Shown: positions 32,226-42,112, numbered from the stretch's first letter. The stretch: 64,000 nt of DNA from an uncultured virus (IMG/VR IMGVR_UViG_3300028569_000032) (IMGVR_UViG_3300028569_000032), one strand, 5' to 3'. Made by a program: numbers and translations. Notes: generated by a model from the sequence alone, not told the origin.

Positions 32226-33191
32226 TCAATCGCCATCCCATTCTTGGATTCCCCAAGAATTATCCTCACCATAACGCCAACTCCTACCATAAAGCCATCC
32301 CTGACCCTTAGTGATATCTTCCCAATTCTCATTGGTATCACTAGATGTTTTAGATGTGCTTGATGGAACCCAAGAGTCAGCACGAGTAATACGAGGCTCA
32401 ACCTTATCAATCCAATCTTTCAATAACTTCTCACGGAAGAATTCTAATTCACTCAAATCATCCTCATTCAATTCCAGACGGAAATAATATTCCATTCTGG
32501 TGAAAGACTTCTTGACAGGAATTCCACGAACCTTGGAATCGTACTCTTCGACAACTTCCTCTTCCGAATCACTAACAATACCAAAAGCAACATCAGAAGG
32601 TTCCAATTTACTTCTGTTATTGCTGAAGACAATACTGCTGGCAATGCTGAATCTATCAGAATTGACATGACCAAATGTCAGATGAACTCCATCAAATGTA
32701 GCTTCATCTGCCTCGTCAGTGCCAGAATGGAATGCACTAAAATCACAATGAGAGTGAATAGTGCCAACCATCTGCCAACCATCACCATCATTCCCAATGT
32801 AATCACGATCCTCGACAGGAACAGTATCTGTCCTATCATAATTGACAGAACCATAACTGACAGTCTGCTTCGGACACCAGAGACGATATGACTCAAGCTT
32901 CTTGGAGTAAAGAAGAGTCAAATAGGACTCTGAACGATACCTATCGAAAACAGCATTGAAGAATGTTTTGGCCTGAGCCGTAACCAATGCTGAAATCTTA
33001 GGTAATGTGAAATTACCATTGGTATTGGCTGATGCAAGGAAAGGAATCTCCTTGACCCTAACCAGTGCAGAACCATGAAGACGCTCAACTCTCATATAAA
33101 TACCATCCTTGGCAACCAGATAGTAAGTTCCGGTTGAAGGAGGAACAAAACCTTCAGATGCGAGATAAACAGGGAAAAGAGGCAATGCCAT
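32226..33191 (-). CDS. JAB/MPN metalloprotease (deubiquitinase-like)
   Basis: E...VGTIHSHCDFSAFHSGTDEADE JAMM motif. Confidence 0.9.
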   Translation of the reverse strand: MALPLFPVYLASEGFVPPSTGTYYLVAKDGIYMRVERLHGSALVRVKEIPFLASANTNGNFTLPKISALVTAQAKTFFNAVFDRYRSESYLTLLYSKKLESYRLWCPKQTVSYGSVNYDRTDTVPVEDRDYIGNDGDGWQMVGTIHSHCDFSAFHSGTDEADEATFDGVHLTFGHVNSDRFSIASSIVFSNNRSKLEPSDVAFGIVSDSEEEVVEEYDSKVRGIPVKKSFTRMEYYFRLELNEDDLSELEFFREKLLKDWIDKVEPRITRADSWVPSSTSKTSSDTNENWEDITKGQGWLYGRSWRYGEDNSWGIQEWDGD

Positions 33192-33218
33192 AGTAAACTC
33201 CTTTAGTGTGGTTGAAAA

Positions 33219-34661
33219 TCAAACTGCTTTGCGAGGCCTACCCCTACCCCTCTTGATTGGTTGTCCATCAGGACCAACAACAAGAGTGCTTGACGAAACA
33301 CGATTCAAACTGATAGCAATACTATCAGGAAGTTTATCTTTCTTAGGACGACCACGCTTCTTTGTCACAACGATATCACCATTCTCGTCAATATGCTGAC
33401 TCAACTTAGCCTTAAGAACAGAAACCTCATCCAACTTCTGCAAAAGATACTGGTTAACTGCATAAAGCTCACATTGAACCTTCAACTTCTCTGCTGCAAT
33501 CCTTTCTCTCTCAAGTTCAATGTTGCGAAGAATAGAACTACTGCTGTTAATAATCGTCTCTATCTCTGCCTTCTTGCGATCAAGATTGGCATTATCAAGA
33601 CGAACCTTTTTCTCATGTTCGTGATGCAATTCACTCCACATATTACTATATGCAGTGCTTGCAATGTTACGAACAGTAGACTGCAATGCAACCATATGAG
33701 GTTGATTGCGATTCTCTTCCATGATATCAACACTATTCAAATGAGTAGTCAAAATTCTTACGAAGTCTACAACTCCTTCGTTGATAGTAGACTTCATGTT
33801 GTTGACGAAAGCAACCTTGCTGTTCCTGCTAGCCAAATCAGATGGTAAAAGATTACCAACAAGATGACGAGGTGAAGTCTGCAAGATAGTTTGAGGCTTG
33901 ATAGCAAACATTGAATCTTCTGAAGTCAACTTCTGCCATGCCTCAAAACCACGAACATAATTCTCATAATGCCTATCAGTTTCCTTACTAGCAAAATCAT
34001 AGAAGAAAACATCATTCAGAAAACTCTGAAGATTCTGGTTCAAATCTACATTGAACTCACTAGACCAATACGAACTGATAATCGTATTGACCTTCTCAGT
34101 AATGTTGCGCCCACCATTATTCGGCAGATTCATGTTCCCAACACATACTGAAGTGCTAGAAACATTAGGCAATGGAACAAGACAGTACTGATCCTGCAAA
34201 CTCGTTATTGGACGCTTCGTTGCAGTAATATGCAAACTACTGAAGTTATCACCAGCAGCATTGCAGTTAAATGTCACATAGAACTGAATGAAAGGCAAAC
34301 TAATGTTGTAATTAGCCTGCATGAAAGAAATACGCCTGACAGTTGGCTTCTGCTCAACAATGATAGTCAAATAAGTGCTATCACGATGAACGAACCTCGT
34401 ACCCTCTGGGACAACCATCAACTGGTTGCTGTTGTTGTCAATCCAACTGTTAACCATGGTTCCAAGTGAACCACTGATGTTGGAAACAAAACTGCTTACA
34501 ATCGGCTCAGACTTCTCTTGAACAGACACATCAAGATTTGACTTGATACGCCTCAATACTGTAGCTGTCCCTTCCCGCATTAGATTCAACGTAGCTGGAG
34601 TTGAATCCCAATCCTTCACACCATTGACGAAACCGTCAATAATCTCTTTGGGAGAACTCAT
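33219..34661 (-). CDS. Prokaryotic E2-like protein with coiled coil and C-terminal AT-hooks
   Basis: SLPFIQF...PLPNVSSTSVCVGN E2-like Cys motif; KKRGRPKK and KRGRGRPRK; position in the E1/JAB/Ubl operon. Confidence 0.7.
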   Translation of the reverse strand: MSSPKEIIDGFVNGVKDWDSTPATLNLMREGTATVLRRIKSNLDVSVQEKSEPIVSSFVSNISGSLGTMVNSWIDNNSNQLMVVPEGTRFVHRDSTYLTIIVEQKPTVRRISFMQANYNISLPFIQFYVTFNCNAAGDNFSSLHITATKRPITSLQDQYCLVPLPNVSSTSVCVGNMNLPNNGGRNITEKVNTIISSYWSSEFNVDLNQNLQSFLNDVFFYDFASKETDRHYENYVRGFEAWQKLTSEDSMFAIKPQTILQTSPRHLVGNLLPSDLASRNSKVAFVNNMKSTINEGVVDFVRILTTHLNSVDIMEENRNQPHMVALQSTVRNIASTAYSNMWSELHHEHEKKVRLDNANLDRKKAEIETIINSSSSILRNIELERERIAAEKLKVQCELYAVNQYLLQKLDEVSVLKAKLSQHIDENGDIVVTKKRGRPKKDKLPDSIAISLNRVSSSTLVVGPDGQPIKRGRGRPRKAV

Positions 34662-34997
34662 AATCAAACTCCTTTGGGTTTATGTCTACTACTCGGTCGG
34701 ACTTGCACTCCAACATAATCAATTAAGAACATAATGATGAGCCTTGTTGCTCTCTGCGAACTTCTTAGCCTCAATGGCATCTTTGAACCTTGGACTATTT
34801 ACTTCAAGCTGATTTATGCCTCTGTAGTCACGAATGGAAAGGAAATAGTTATATCCTTCTTCGAGACTCTGAGGGAAACTACAAGGATAAAACCTATAGT
34901 TCCTTATGAAAAAAGGCTTGAGAGTATCATCCTTCTTTGGCCAAACCTTCTTCTTTCTTTCGACTTCTGCTTCTTTCCAATTGTTCATGATATCTCC

Positions 34998-35993
34998 TTA
35001 TGCAATCTTCTGATAAAAATCATCGAACCAATTCGATATTTCAGAATTATAATCCAAAATATCTTTCTGAATCATAGCTTTATGACTTTCAATCCAATAA
35101 TGATCGAGATTAAGAACAGGGTTGACAAATCGAATCCTATCTAAAACTGCTACATTCAACGAATCAAGAGGCATAATCCTTCCACCTAATGAGAAATAAA
35201 GACATTTGTCCTCAAAACCACAATCATGATGCAATTGGATTTCAGACAAAGCTCGAAAAACCCTCTTCTGCTCATATGTCATATGAACAAAATTTTCTTT
35301 ATATCTCTTGATATGAAGAAACACATCGTTCTGTAACCTTTTGATGAAATTTATAGCAGTAGAAGAGAAACTACCATCGGAACGATAGATGTTATTCTCA
35401 TTTACCTTTTGGAACAAAGCAAAGAGGATATCGAAAACAGTTTCCTGACTATTCCTGCAATTGGAAATAACCTGACGTAAGAAGTAAAGAGCATTGTCAG
35501 ACTTATCATTTACAGTGACATCAAAGTAATTACGGTTCCTTCTCTTCCTCAAATTGCAAAGATGAAAAGGCAAACCATAAGCTTTCAAGAGACTGTTTAA
35601 CCTGCCAATTGTAGGTTCGGTATCGGAATACTTATCAACTGCATCCAAATCCAAATCAATTTCTTTATATTCAGAATCAATTATTACTCGATCTATGTAA
35701 GCACGAACCAAACCATCTAAAGTATCAGCAGAGAGAGTTGCATTATCAACCCAATATACATTGCTCTGGACACCATTAGAATCAATAACTCGCTTTCCAC
35801 GCAACAAAGCTTCTCTCTCAGGTTGTGCAACAAACTCAGAGAGATAGTACCTGTTGTTATCTCCTACCCAAACATATTTAATTCTTTCAGTCTTGTAGGG
35901 AGTATTAGTTCCCGGAGTATAGAAATGATGTTCCATATATGCATTTCTAAAGAAATCTTTCAAAACATCAAACGAAGAAGAAGAAACTTCCAT
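34998..35993 (-). CDS. Hypothetical protein
   Basis: 331-aa ORF with AAGGAG SD. Confidence 0.7.
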   Translation of the reverse strand: MEVSSSSFDVLKDFFRNAYMEHHFYTPGTNTPYKTERIKYVWVGDNNRYYLSEFVAQPEREALLRGKRVIDSNGVQSNVYWVDNATLSADTLDGLVRAYIDRVIIDSEYKEIDLDLDAVDKYSDTEPTIGRLNSLLKAYGLPFHLCNLRKRRNRNYFDVTVNDKSDNALYFLRQVISNCRNSQETVFDILFALFQKVNENNIYRSDGSFSSTAINFIKRLQNDVFLHIKRYKENFVHMTYEQKRVFRALSEIQLHHDCGFEDKCLYFSLGGRIMPLDSLNVAVLDRIRFVNPVLNLDHYWIESHKAMIQKDILDYNSEISNWFDDFYQKIA

Positions 35994-36062
35994 ACTGATA
36001 TCTCCTTAAGTTAAATGATAAGAAAATGGGGCATTCATGAAGAATGCCCCAAGAAAGTTAAC

Positions 36063-36371
36063 TTACGCTGCCTTTTCAATCTCAAGGATAGCCTTGTTGT
36101 AGCAATCGCTAACAACAGCAGAAATACGCTTGATCTCTTCCTCAAGCTTCTGGCCAGCAGCTAACCATGCTTCCTTTTCACTCAAATAAATCTCATCAGT
36201 ACATTGAATGATGTTTTCACTAACCTTGCCCATCCAAACAAACTTGCAAAGATGATACTCTGGTGCAACAACCTCGTATTCCCAGATCCGCACCATATTA
36301 TCACCATTGCTAATATTATTCGTGGAAACCGAAAAGCAACGCTGGCCAACAGTCAAATCAGTAATCTTCAT
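36063..36371 (-). CDS. Hypothetical cassette protein
   Basis: GGAG SD, element at 36409. Confidence 0.65.
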   Translation of the reverse strand: MKITDLTVGQRCFSVSTNNISNGDNMVRIWEYEVVAPEYHLCKFVWMGKVSENIIQCTDEIYLSEKEAWLAAGQKLEEEIKRISAVVSDCYNKAILEIEKAA

Positions 36372-36545
36372 CTTCAGACTCCACTGGGTTTCGATCATCG
36401 TTACAAACACTACTCGGTCAGACTTGCACTCCAACATAACCAATTTTCGATATATTTTCAGATATTTTCAGATATTTTATGATATCAGGAAAGAAAGGCG
36501 AAAAAAAAGACAGGCGTGATATCTTTTGACATCACGCCTGTATTG

Positions 36546-37766
36546 TCATGTTAGATCTTTAAGATCACTGAGAAATTGCTTTCTAAGGTCAGTGACCACT
36601 TCGGTATAGACCCTTTCCCTTTGATCAGAAGGAACCTTGAGAATCAGATACCTCAATGTTTCATAGATTGAAATATTAGGAGAACACTTATCAGATTCAT
36701 CATCCATCTCCATAACTTTCAGCATACCAACATCAGTAAGCTTATAACCTCTGCTGGTTACAGTGATCAATGATGGCTGATCGCTCGTCTCAGCCATCAA
36801 AACAGGCACAATGAACCTTTCAAGCTCCTCCTCCTTCCTTCCTACAAGGGAACATAAGGTTTTCTTGGCAACTGGACCAGACTTCAAGCAATTCAATACT
36901 TTAACTTCTAACTCATGAAAACCATATTCATTTATGCCTTCATCATTTGCGACACTCCTAGCTACATCCTCCCAACTCTTGTCCACATGCATCTGTTTGT
37001 ACATCTGCATGTAACGAGCAAACTCCAATGCCTTTCTAGGAACCCTTGGATTATAACTTGCTACAATGATGCAAACTTCATCAGATAAATCAGGATTTGC
37101 TTTCTTGACTATCTTTGCGATATCAGACTTGGGCAGATACTGCAAATGGACAGCAGAGAACCTAGTCCGAAATGCATCGAATAGTTTACCTTCATCGGTG
37201 GTTGCGATAATCCAAGTTGCAGAAAATGTATTCAAGACCCTACCATTCTCTGTCATCATCAACGAATCATTAAACTCAGTAGCCTTGAGCAAACCCTGAA
37301 TTATACCATCAGGAATTGCATGAACTTCATCAATGAATATAACAGTCGGAGGTAGACAGTAGTTCCTAGAAACATCCTCGACCAGACCTATACCATGATT
37401 AGTCAAAACTGAATTCACAAGATCAAAAACATCATTGACATTTTTCACTCCCTTGGGAGATATCTCGACGAATGGTAGCTTGACCACATCTGCATAAATC
37501 CTTGCCAGTGTAGTCTTACCAGCAGAAGCAGGCCCAAATATGGCAAAAGACAAGTCCCTCATCATGTGAGTAGGATCGCCCAGTGCCTTATATGCTGCAA
37601 CCTGCAACTTCCTTACAGCTTTGTCGTTGCCAACAAATCGACTGAAAGGGCTGTTTGGATTATCACGACTAACCTTCAACAACTTCTCTTCATCGGTGGG
37701 AGGAAGACGCTTTAATGCATCCTCCTCACCAAAAAATACATAATGAGGTTGCATCAAATACTCCAT
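36546..37766 (-). CDS. ruvB: RuvB-like AAA+ ATPase
   Basis: FVGN, GPASAGKTTLA, FIDEVH, ATT..GKL..AFRTRF, PRKAL, C-terminal SRG. Confidence 0.75.
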   Translation of the reverse strand: MEYLMQPHYVFFGEEDALKRLPPTDEEKLLKVSRDNPNSPFSRFVGNDKAVRKLQVAAYKALGDPTHMMRDLSFAIFGPASAGKTTLARIYADVVKLPFVEISPKGVKNVNDVFDLVNSVLTNHGIGLVEDVSRNYCLPPTVIFIDEVHAIPDGIIQGLLKATEFNDSLMMTENGRVLNTFSATWIIATTDEGKLFDAFRTRFSAVHLQYLPKSDIAKIVKKANPDLSDEVCIIVASYNPRVPRKALEFARYMQMYKQMHVDKSWEDVARSVANDEGINEYGFHELEVKVLNCLKSGPVAKKTLCSLVGRKEEELERFIVPVLMAETSDQPSLITVTSRGYKLTDVGMLKVMEMDDESDKCSPNISIYETLRYLILKVPSDQRERVYTEVVTDLRKQFLSDLKDLT

Positions 37767-38301
37767 ATGTCAATCGTTGCGCTTACTCACAGGAAGTGAA
37801 ATCCTATGGTAATATATCTTTTCCTTCGGGTCTTTCTGATACTTGTTTCGTTCCCATTCTTCCGTGTATGACACGGGAGTTTCTGGTGTATCAGTGTTTA
37901 TCATTATGTGCAAATGTCCATCCTTAATTCGGATGTCGATAGATTCTCCTGTTGGAGAAACTACCACACACATGGTTGGAACTGTACAAGCAATCTCAAA
38001 CATAATCGTTCTCCTTATGCTATATGGTTTAATCAACCGTTAAGTTCGTAAGCAGCTTCCTGCTTACGAGTCTCTGCATCATTGAGGTCACTCAGAATGT
38101 CTTCTGCATATTTCTTGCAGAAGAACTGCCCATGGCAGTACTCGTAACCATCAACACCTAAGACAACCCCCATTACATCGTAACCTTGACTGGTTTCCTG
38201 AATGTAAAACTCACGACGAACCAATTTCTTGGCCATATCATACACTCCTTTGGGAAATAAACGCATGAAACCCTCTGAATATTACTTCAGAGGGATGAAA
38301 A

Positions 38302-38571
38302 TTACGCTGCTTCAACAACTACTAATGTCTTTGCTTCCTCAACAACCACTTCTTTAACCACTTTGCGAGGACGACCACGTTTCAAACGTAATGGAGGACG
38401 ACCTCCCTTTCCACTCCTCACCAGATTGCGAAGAGTAGGGACACTTGCAATGATACCAGATTCATTCAGAACTTGTTCAGCCCCATTCAAGCCAAACTCA
38501 GATACTACACGCTTGACCAGAGCGATCTGGTCTTTGGTGAACTGCTTCTTAGGACGACCTGCCTTAGCCAT
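38302..38571 (-). CDS. Small AT-hook-type DNA-binding protein
   Basis: KAGRPKK, GGRPP and KRGRPRK motifs; element at 38602. Confidence 0.65.
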   Translation of the reverse strand: MAKAGRPKKQFTKDQIALVKRVVSEFGLNGAEQVLNESGIIASVPTLRNLVRSGKGGRPPLRLKRGRPRKVVKEVVVEEAKTLVVVEAA

Positions 38572-39099
38572 GTCAAACTCCTTTGGGTTATCGTTACAAT
38601 GACTACTCGGTCCAATCCGCACTCCAACATAACCAATTATTTGTATATTTTTGTATATTTTCTGATATCAACCTTCTACAACTTCATCTCTGCACTTTTT
38701 AGGAAGACTTGCTATGAATGGGTATAAGACATTGTCAATAAATGTCGTGCTTTCACCTGTCAATTCTTCAATCTTACTCTTAAGGTCAGAAATAAGCCTC
38801 ACTACAGCAATGTCAATCGACTGCTTCTTAGTAAAATCGTCACTGTACCTTATCATTTGAAAAACCCTCAAGCCATTTGTTCTCCACAATCACTACTCGG
38901 TCCAATCCGCACTCCAACATAACCAATTATTTGTATATTTTCTGATATTTCTTGTTATAAAATCATTTTTATGGTTTTATAACAAGAAAACGTAGAGTAC
39001 AATGCCCAAAAACCTCTTTTTATTCAAAACTCAGAGTACAATGCCCAAGAAAACCTTTGAGCATTGTACTCCAAACTCCAAAATAAAGTACAATGCCCA

Positions 39100-40610
39100 A
39101 GAAAAAGCGACTCCAACTAACCAAGATCACAAAAACACAACTCAAAAACAAAATCTCGACCAAATAAAATAACACTTATCTCCATAACACAAATGAAATG
39201 AAATTTAATCACAAAAAAATGTTTTTTTGTGATTAAATTTTTTATCACATACCTCATTTTTCAGGGAAAAACACCACTTTCTCCATAGGACACAAAATTA
39301 ATTTTGAAATCAAATATCATAATCAATTTCTTTATCATTTCGTCCCAACTTCGTCCCAATTTAATCACAAAAAAATACACTTAAATCACAAAATAAACAA
39401 AAATCGCCTCTTTCCAACAACTTTTTAACAAATAATCACAAAATAAACCACTTTCCTCCAATTTGATCACAATTTTAACCCAAATAAAACCCTTCCTCCA
39501 CAATTCATCACATTTCTTTCTATTTAATTCAATAGTTTTATACAACATTTGTCCAAATTAACCAAAAAAACAATAAAATAACAATTTTAATCACAAATTT
39601 AGAGAAAATTAGAAACAAATTGTCAATTTTGATAGAAAATCATAAAAAAATACACTTAAAAATGACCAGAAAACATGTATATTGGTAAAAAAATGGGGCG
39701 CTGACTTGGCCAATTTTTGACCCATTTTCCAACAAGTCCCCTCATTTGACCTTAATCTCTTTCCCTCACTGCACTTCAGTCTTCCTCACTAAAACCATAT
39801 TTTTCTTTATATTTTCACCAAATTAGGCATTAAAAAAAGAAAAAATGAGATCTGGTGCATACTAAAATGGTTAATTAGTATAATTCTTGTTGTGGTATGT
39901 TCTTATGTAATGTCTTTTTGATATGTCAATGATTGGTCACATATTGTTTCTTTATTTTTTGAATATTGTGTCCTATGGAGAAAGTTGATTTTTCTCGATG
40001 TTTTTTGACATTTGTTCTTTAACATTTATCTTTTTTGTTCTATTGTGTAATTGATTATTACCTCATCTATTCTTCACTATTATCATTTTAATTGTTCAAT
40101 GAACTGTTCATTGAACAGTTCATTGAATAGAAATAAAGAATCAATCACATAATCATTCAATTCCACAAGTAATTATCATTCACATTTATTCAAATCGTTT
40201 TTAATGGCCTTCTTTTGGGTCTATTTCTATTTATTTTAATTTAATTGGGATCTGTGTTGTTTTTGTGTCTAAATCGATTCTAGGCACAATTCTGTAAAGA
40301 ATTTTAATTAATTAAATTTATTATATGATTTTGTTTTATATTGTGTGAATGTTTTGTGATAACATCTGTGAATGGTTTTGTGATTAATTGTGGAGTTAAT
40401 TGTGGATGTTTTTGTGGATAGAATTGTGAGTTGAATTGTGAGTTTTTGTGAAGGGTATATGTGGATGGAATTGTGAAGGTTTAGGTAATTGTGGATGGAA
40501 TTGTGATAATTGTGAAGGTAATTGTGAAGTAGAGTACTCTACGTTGGGTAATTGCGTTTTGTGTTGTTTATATAAAAAAGGTTAGTTTATTTAGTTTTTG
40601 AGTTTTGGGG
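39100..40610. other. 1.5-kb non-coding AT-rich region with inverted symmetry; candidate replication origin or genome end
   Basis: No ORFs; aatcacaa repeats on the left, aattgtg repeats on the right; 20-bp perfect inverted repeat 39276-39295/39966-39985; palindromic tgttcaatgaactgttcattgaaca near 40093-40117. Confidence 0.5.
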
Positions 40611-40619
40611 GGTTTTGTG

Positions 40620-41375
40620 ATGTTAGGATTTATGAGATGGTTGGAATCGAGTTTTTCTTCTATTGTTGGTATATAGGAGGTAAATGGACCTTATTTTAAT
40701 CCTGACAGGATATATTTTGATGGTATGAGTAGGGATAAGCGTCCATTTATATATTTGGGTAAGGACGTGGTATCTGGTGGTAAGTTACACATTAGTAATA
40801 ATCCTAATACGACACATAGGGAGTTGATAGGAAAGAAGGAAGAGTTGCAGGATAGGATGCATGATTTGGGATATATTGGTGTAATTGGTTATAGGACAGA
40901 GGGATTGGAGTATGATTTGATGGGAAGGATGGGACATTGGGAGATACCTAATCACAGTTCTGACTGGGATAATTTGCCTGTTGTTCCTCTTAACATACCT
41001 ATATTGCTAGTTAGTTTCTGGAATCCTGAGAGTCTAGTATATTCACGCAATTTGATAGATTGTTTGAAGTCTATGGAGGAATATTTTGTAGGTAAGGATG
41101 TTTTTGTAAGTACTCCTATGTTGGGTACTGTTCATATAAGTAAGGTAATGAGTGGAGGTAGTGTTGGTGGCACTTTGAGTGATGAGGAACGTGAGCGTTT
41201 GGAGTTGCATCAGAGGTTACATTTGATGCATCCTAATGAGAAGAAATTGGCTATGGAGAAGTTAGGATTAGGTGGAGTGAAGGTGAGTAGTCGTGGCAAA
41301 TGGGAAGCTGGCATGAGGAAGTTAGGATTACCGGGATATATGCGTCAGAGTGAAGTTTATGGAGGTGACTTATGA
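40620..41375 (+). CDS. Hypothetical protein, paralog of 41372..42112, with an in-frame TAG at 40674-40676
   Basis: MLGFMRWLES...GI*EVNGPYFNPDRIY aligns with the paralog's N-terminus; 3' halves nearly identical. Confidence 0.65.
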
Positions 41376-42112
41376 ATTTTGGTGAATGGTTGAGTTATGT
41401 GGAGTCAACTGTTGGTTCTTTGGTTGATGTAAAGGGAAGCTTTATAACTCCTGATGAGATTTATTATTATGGACATGAAGTTAACAAGAAGCCATTTATA
41501 TATTTAGGTAATGAAGTGGGATCTGATAGTGGTTTGTATACTGGTGATGCTTATGACACTCACATTGAGTTGATAGGTAGGAAGCAAGAGTTGCAGGATA
41601 GGCGAGACGGTTTGGGATATTCTGGTGATACTGCTTATAGGGTTGATGGAATTAAGCATGATTTAATGGGGAGGATAGGAGATTGGACTTTAAGTAGGAG
41701 TTGGTTAGACGCTATTGATTGGGATGGTTTGCCTCCTGATATATTCTTAGTGAGTTTTTGGAATAAGGAAAAGCCTTTATATGATCGTAATTTGATAGAT
41801 TGTTTGAAGTCTATGGAGGAATATTTTGTAGGTAAGGATGTTTTTGTAAGTACTCCTATGTTGGGTACTGTTCATATAAGTAAGGTAATGGGTGGAAGTG
41901 CAGTTGGTGTAGCTATGAGTGATTCTGATCGTGAGAAATTGGAATTGCGTCAGAGGTTACATTTGATGCATCCTAATGAGAAGAAATGGGCTATGGAGAA
42001 GTTGGGGTTAGGTGGAGTGAAGGTGAGTAAGAGGGGTGAATGGGAAGCTGGTATGCGTGGTTTGGGGATGGCTGGATATATGCGTCAGAGTGAAGTTTAT
42101 AGGGGGCAATGA
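41372..42112 (+). CDS. Hypothetical protein (tandem paralog)
   Basis: Shares RNLIDCLKSMEEYFVGKDVFVSTPMLGTVHISKVM with the upstream gene. Confidence 0.8.
   Translation: MNFGEWLSYVESTVGSLVDVKGSFITPDEIYYYGHEVNKKPFIYLGNEVGSDSGLYTGDAYDTHIELIGRKQELQDRRDGLGYSGDTAYRVDGIKHDLMGRIGDWTLSRSWLDAIDWDGLPPDIFLVSFWNKEKPLYDRNLIDCLKSMEEYFVGKDVFVSTPMLGTVHISKVMGGSAVGVAMSDSDREKLELRQRLHLMHPNEKKWAMEKLGLGGVKVSKRGEWEAGMRGLGMAGYMRQSEVYRGQ

Larger units (their letters stand above)
14911..38924 (-). promoter_or_regulatory. 21 copies of a 33-bp conserved element upstream of minus-strand genes (minus-strand consensus GGTTATGTCAGAGTGCAAGTCTGACCGAGTAGT)
   Basis: Plus-strand starts: 14911, 15384, 16329, 16830, 17300, 17776, 18256, 18795, 19655, 20075, 20491, 22259, 23660, 25632, 26112, 31314, 32139, 34688, 36409, 38602, 38892; same orientation, mostly a few tens of nt before a GGAG SD and ATG. 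Confidence 0.9.
14563..39102. repeat. GAGTACAATGCCCAAAG repeat family (half-sites and about 38-bp palindromes)
   Basis: Palindromes at 15521-15558, 16425-16462, 16949-16986, 18891-18928, 20165-20202, 20227-20263, 39034-39071; half-sites near 14563, 15000, 15038, 15483, 17845, 38995, 39087. Confidence 0.9.

Noticed and set aside
14862..36443. Shared N-terminal peptide MVM(S/L)ECKSDRVV in several track ORFs
   Set aside because: It is the 33-bp element read in frame; SD-supported starts lie downstream.
14911..38924. 33-bp repeat as a CRISPR array
   Set aside because: Copies are separated by hundreds to thousands of bp containing genes, not spacer-sized gaps; no cas genes in the window.
14911..38924. 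33-bp repeat as integron attC sites
   Set aside because: No RYYYAAC/GTTRRRY long imperfect palindrome and no integrase in the window; the position before SDs fits a promoter better. Recombinational use is not excluded.
40674..40676. Genome-wide TAG recoding
   Set aside because: Long genes are intact under code 11 and several end at TAG (e.g. 20920, 50114, 58611); only one internal amber was seen.
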